A DNA stretch of 42,009 bases from Spongospora subterranea f. sp. subterranea (Eukaryota): the NCBI GenBank assembly GCA_049724395.1, contig JAUGWO010000051.1:62001-104009 (forward strand), read 5' to 3'. The translations under genes and the position numbers were made by a program. This document shows positions 37,746 to 42,009 of the stretch, in pieces. Position 1 is the stretch's first letter. The number at the start of each line of letters is the position of its first letter. The notes beneath the pieces are model-generated. The model was not told the DNA's origin, searched no databases, and saw only the letters and a program-made list of their open reading frames with translations.

Positions 37746-38515
37746 TTATAGGCAATCCGTTATCAATAGCACGAGACATCATGTCTTCCATTGACTTCAA
37801 ACTGTCTTCTGGGAAATCTTCCCCAATAATAATATCATCATCGTTGTACAAATCCCAATGACTGATATTATCCTCATTGCTGGCGCCTAATGTCTTCTTT
37901 AGAATTAGCGAATCTAGAGCATCCTTAGGATTTATCCCCAGCTCTTTCAACAAATCTTCACCTAGCAATATTTCATCTACTGGTGAATCCCACAGCAAAC
38001 ATCTCCGGTTCCGAATGATCAGTTCGCCCGTTGCTGTATACAGGGTCAGATCAGCCAACATCTCATGTGTTGCTTCCGCCACTGTCTTATCTGGCAATAT
38101 TAACTTAATTGCCTTTGCCAGTTTCCTTATACCGATCTTATCATCGAGCCTCTGCGTTTTCTTCGCAATGCTCATCGGTATAACTGTCGACTGGGTACCA
38201 CTGTCTAATAACCCTGGAAATATCATTCCTGCAGTCGACACTCTAACACTCAACTGTTTGTCTGCAGCTGGGTTCGTGCATTTCTGACATTTTGTAGAAA
38301 TCACTACTGTTGGATCCTGTGTAGTCCTGACATAAAGATCAACGTTCTGTTGGCTCTCTATGCTAGCAACTCCAATGGGACAAATCCTCCTGTCCATCGC
38401 TGTATGGTACATTCTTAATCCAAACTTTCATTTTGTCTTTGTGTTTAACTGCAAGAGCGATTCCATCTCTGTCTTCGACCCGAGCCTGTGGACACTTGGA
38501 CATACTATGTCCTTA
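37746..38515 (-). mobile_element. Fragment of a different Ty3/gypsy family (aspartic protease region), cut by the type-B LTR
   Basis: FPGLLDSGTQSTVIP...EILLGEDLLKELGINP. Confidence 0.85.
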
Positions 38516-38949
38516 TATAACGGGTTGGGTCGGGTTGGGTCAGGGTCAGATTAAACCGGGTTAGTTGGGTTCCGGGGGATAAAGCGGTTTAGTCCCTGAT
38601 CTATCCTTCCCTTTGTATCAATGACCATACATTTTCATACTAAAGAATTCTCCGTAACATACATCGGTATACACTGGTCAGGTGGATTACTATAGGCTAT
38701 TTACACCAATAGATGTTTATTCCGACCAATAAACCTCGTATTAGATCCGTGCTGGCCGTAGGCTAGCCTGTCGATAGGCTATAACATAGGGTCAATACGT
38801 TGACACATATGTTACACTATCCAGAGTTTTTCGAGTTTACTGCAAGCAGCTCTGCCTCCCACATTCACCCGTGCCATGTGGTCAGACCCATTTATTTTAA
38901 CGAGGTTATTCTCCTCGGCACTTCATGATTACCCGCGGATTAGTGCGTT

Positions 38950-39355
38950 ATGGTGATAAATGCTTTTGAGAGCGGTGTATGTAAACCGCATCACTGACCA
39001 AGAGATCTCCATCTAAGCGATCGAAGTCCGGACCTGGCCTTGCTAGCGGAGCTAACCCATGAAGCTAACTCCGCAGTTGAAAGCCTGGAAACCTCGATGG
39101 TCGTGCGGCCTGGCTGGAACTGACTCAGATCGCTCGCGGCTGGACATGTCTTGAAAGCGGTGCGTAAACCGTGAAGATAATTCTTGTCAAACTGTTAGGA
39201 GGAACCAGATCCGTTTAAATAAACCGCAGTGTATTAATACAGACTATGCAAGGAGTTGACAAGAATGACCAGGCAGAGGTCATTCTTGTCGGAAAACTGC
39301 GGCGGAACTGCGGCGAAGCCGCGAATGTTAGGAATATATGGGAGTGTTCCTAAAA
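38950..39355 (-). mobile_element. 5' LTR type A (39193-39355) + self-complementary PBS + truncated leader/gag start
   Basis: 163 bp with 6 differences from the LTR at 32888-33050. Positions 39084-39126 are homologous to 37408-37449. Confidence 0.9.
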
Positions 39356-40346
39356 CACTCTGTGCCAGCCGACTCCCATCCACCATCATCACGATCGATC
39401 GCCGCCACCATGGTGTCGATCCGTGACTTGCGCAGTTGATTGCGGAGTGAAGCCGAGGAGATGCACGTACATCCTTTTCGACATCTATAGCGTCCTTTAC
39501 AGTCATCATTAACGATGATGGGAATGTCTGTGTCATCAGCAGCGCCAAGGCACCCTTCCGTAACGATGGAGCTGTTTCTGACCACATTGCGCTTTGTCGA
39601 GTACGCCAATTCGAATTAGAGCAATTTCCCCAATACTGATGGCGGAATGTTTTTTTAAATGGTTCGTGCTTCATATGACTGCACGGAGGTTACATGATGT
39701 CAATTTGCTTTGCAGGTCATACTTTAATACCGGTATTTGTGAAGCGAGCATTGCCTAAAGACATAAATCTGGCTTCTTGGCGACGAACAGAATCACCTGA
39801 TGTAATCCAATCGTGCCATTCCGCAATCACCCTTGCAGTATCGTAACCATCCGGGACACTATAAGATTCCTGCAGCACTAGTTTTTCAAAATTCGTGATG
39901 CGCATTCGATAATTATCTCGAAAGAGATAGTCCTGGTCGTTGTAACAAATCCAAGCCCAGTAGTTAAAGGGAGGACGAATGAATCGAGGCCCATTATAGC
40001 GACGCCGTTTAAACTCTGGGCAAAGCAATAGCGATCATTTGGTTAGCCATCTTGACCGATTGGGCTAACATGCCCATCAGCGTGAAATACAATACCAGCA
40101 TGAAATCCAAATTCATCATTGTGCTGTTGTCGCGATCCATTAAAATCGAGTTAAAATCATACGTAGAAGTCCCGGGTCGTATTTCAAAAATTGCGCCCCT
40201 GATCATTTTTAGCAAAATGCCACGCACAAAATGATGCGGTCACTTCAAAAGTAAAATAGGTGGATCGAGTGAACACGTCATACCCAGTCAAAATGGTCCG
40301 AGTGGTCAAAAATGCGTTGAAAAAAGTGGCGGAGTGAACACGAACC
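39356..40346 (-). mobile_element. PIF/Harbinger-like transposase pseudogene with a candidate terminus
   Basis: FRDNYRMRITNFEKL, WITSGDSVR, GCLGAADDTDIPI...RYRCRKG (compare GCIGAIDGTHIPI...YRNRKG) and GGWE. Candidate end TAA|GGTTCGTGTTCAC at 40346, with an 11-bp subterminal repeat gagtgaacacg (40267, 40332). Confidence 0.75.
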
Positions 40347-40464
40347 TTATTGCCATATTTTTGTGTACAGTAGTGATTACCTTAAACCGACAATGTCAAA
40401 CCCTAGTCCAATTATATTTGACAATTTTAATGTACAATTCAGTGTATATATACATATATATAGG

Positions 40465-41827
40465 TCATCCAAATACTGATTGAGGGGTAGTCCTGGCGAA
40501 GCGATATTTCTTGACAGCGTATTCAACTTGCCGGTTGTTGAGAAATAGTCCATTGTTCTCCCGATAAGCGTCCATATACCGGATAGATTTCCTGGCAAAC
40601 CGTCTCATCGTGGCAATCGTTGTCGCCTTCAGCGCTATAGGAATTACCCTCTCCAAGTCCTTAAACGAATAAGTGCAGTGCTTTAGAGTGTGCTTTTTCG
40701 TTGAGCCCCAAAACATTTCAATCCAGTTGAACTCTGTGTGAAACTTGGGGTAAAAAATAATTACGCCTCCTCCGCTTGACACTGTTTCTTCTAACCATTC
40801 TTATTGCGACTGGAAATCGGGTTGACTCGACAGCAGCAGACGCGCATCATTCAGGCTCATCCCAGAAGTGGGCCAAAGGCGCCATTCGGTGAGAATCTGA
40901 CGAATCCCTTTTTGGACAAGACCGTTAATTGCATAACCAAACTCACTGGTAAATGCATGTCTTGAGTAACCCGTTCTCCACCGGAAACATTCCATCCTGA
41001 CCTCACATGCGCTACATTTTTTCCACCATTGGACAGATTTAACCTTAAAGCAACAAGCCCATCAAGCGGCATAGCTCGGTGATTTTGCGAGTTATCGAAA
41101 GCGAAAACTGGCTTGGAATTAGGATGAAGCACCCGAAAGACAATCAGCGCTAATTTCGTCTGCTTCCACAAGATCCCTGTTGGTCCAATAACCATCTGCG
41201 TTTTGACCTGGCTTTATCAACTTGAGAGTTGCAATGGTTGAGCGAAAGCTGTGATTTCTGGGAATGCTTCAGCGATCTCATTCGTCAGCAAAACTTCCAT
41301 ATTCCCATGGCACTGGCACAAAAACTGGGACACCATAATGGATCTGCCAGATCCTTTTGGCCTCAAAATCTGACGATCGTTTTCTAACCAAATCGTCTTC
41401 TTACTGTCATTTGATTGAAAGCAAGTCTCATCATGATTCGATAACATTAGGGAACTTTCGTTTGGAAGAACTGCGGCAGGAATCACACTGTCCATATTAT
41501 CGCCCTCGTACTTGTCAATGCGAGAGTAAAGCTTGGCAAATAACTCTAAAAACCTAATAAAAGTAGCAAAGTGGGGTAAAGTGTAAAGCAAAGGGTTGGG
41601 AGTGTCGTACCGACATCTGGGCGCTCATGTCCATCGGTATAGGTGCCTTTCTTATATTCAGTTCTTCGAAAACGAAGACGGTGAAGCCATCTTCGTGCAG
41701 TTACTTCTATTATGATTTTGCAATTTGTAAAGCCGAGGCAGTCAACCTTGTGCAGGTTTTCTCTAACCCATTTCGAAAAGGAGAGACCATCAACTAATTC
41801 GATTGGCTGACTTCTCAAGTAGTTCAA
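40465..41827 (-). mobile_element. IS630-Tc1-mariner superfamily DDE transposase pseudogene (fungal-type HDE/FDNS/PKFH group)
   Basis: ARRWLHRL, YTDGHERPDV, NHDETCF, PKGSGRSIMVSQF, FAFDNSQNH, YPKFHTEFNWIEMFWG, RYMDAYR; frameshifted. Confidence 0.85.
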
Positions 41828-42009
41828 ACAAGCATTGGCGACATCTGGGGAGGGGGGGGGGGGTCTTCAATCAATGAATCAAGTTTTCACGTGCCTGATA
41901 TTTCATGTAATATAGGGATCGGGGTTGATTTGAAAAACATCCTGTATATGTTCTCGTATAGTCCTTATATTCTGTCTCAATGGGTCGCAATGTCCTACCC
42001 ATGTTCTTG

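Noticed and set aside
40356..40375. CACTA-like terminus (minus strand CACTACTGTACAC)
   Set aside because: No partner TIR or CACTA transposase in the window; a 5-mer match is expected by chance.

Overview
Eukaryotic DNA from an intron-rich microbial eukaryote, with many GT-AG introns, some only 50-60 nt; the taxon cannot be fixed from sequence alone. The left ~17.2 kb is one very large multi-exon minus-strand gene that runs off the window edge. Hand-splicing gives this order: five ~55-65 aa beta-hairpin-like repeats, about eight LRR modules each closed by an LRRcap-like motif, a multi-pass membrane domain with TRP/PF06011-like motifs, an Ala/Ser/Thr-rich tail, and 19-aa tandem repeats. A divergent 3-exon gene (21430-22650) encodes a membrane protein resembling the mainly bacterial DUF6629 family. 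The rest is a nested transposon graveyard. It holds rearranged Ty3/gypsy fragments (one forms an 87-bp-arm hairpin), mariner and integrase remnants, and a decayed LINE split by a deleted chromovirus. It also holds a 2.5 kb 123-bp satellite next to a MULE-like ORF, a near full-length Tf1/Sushi-type chromovirus with three related LTRs (one with a self-priming PBS), and Harbinger and IS630-Tc1-mariner transposase pseudogenes. All family calls come from motif recognition by eye; no searches were run.
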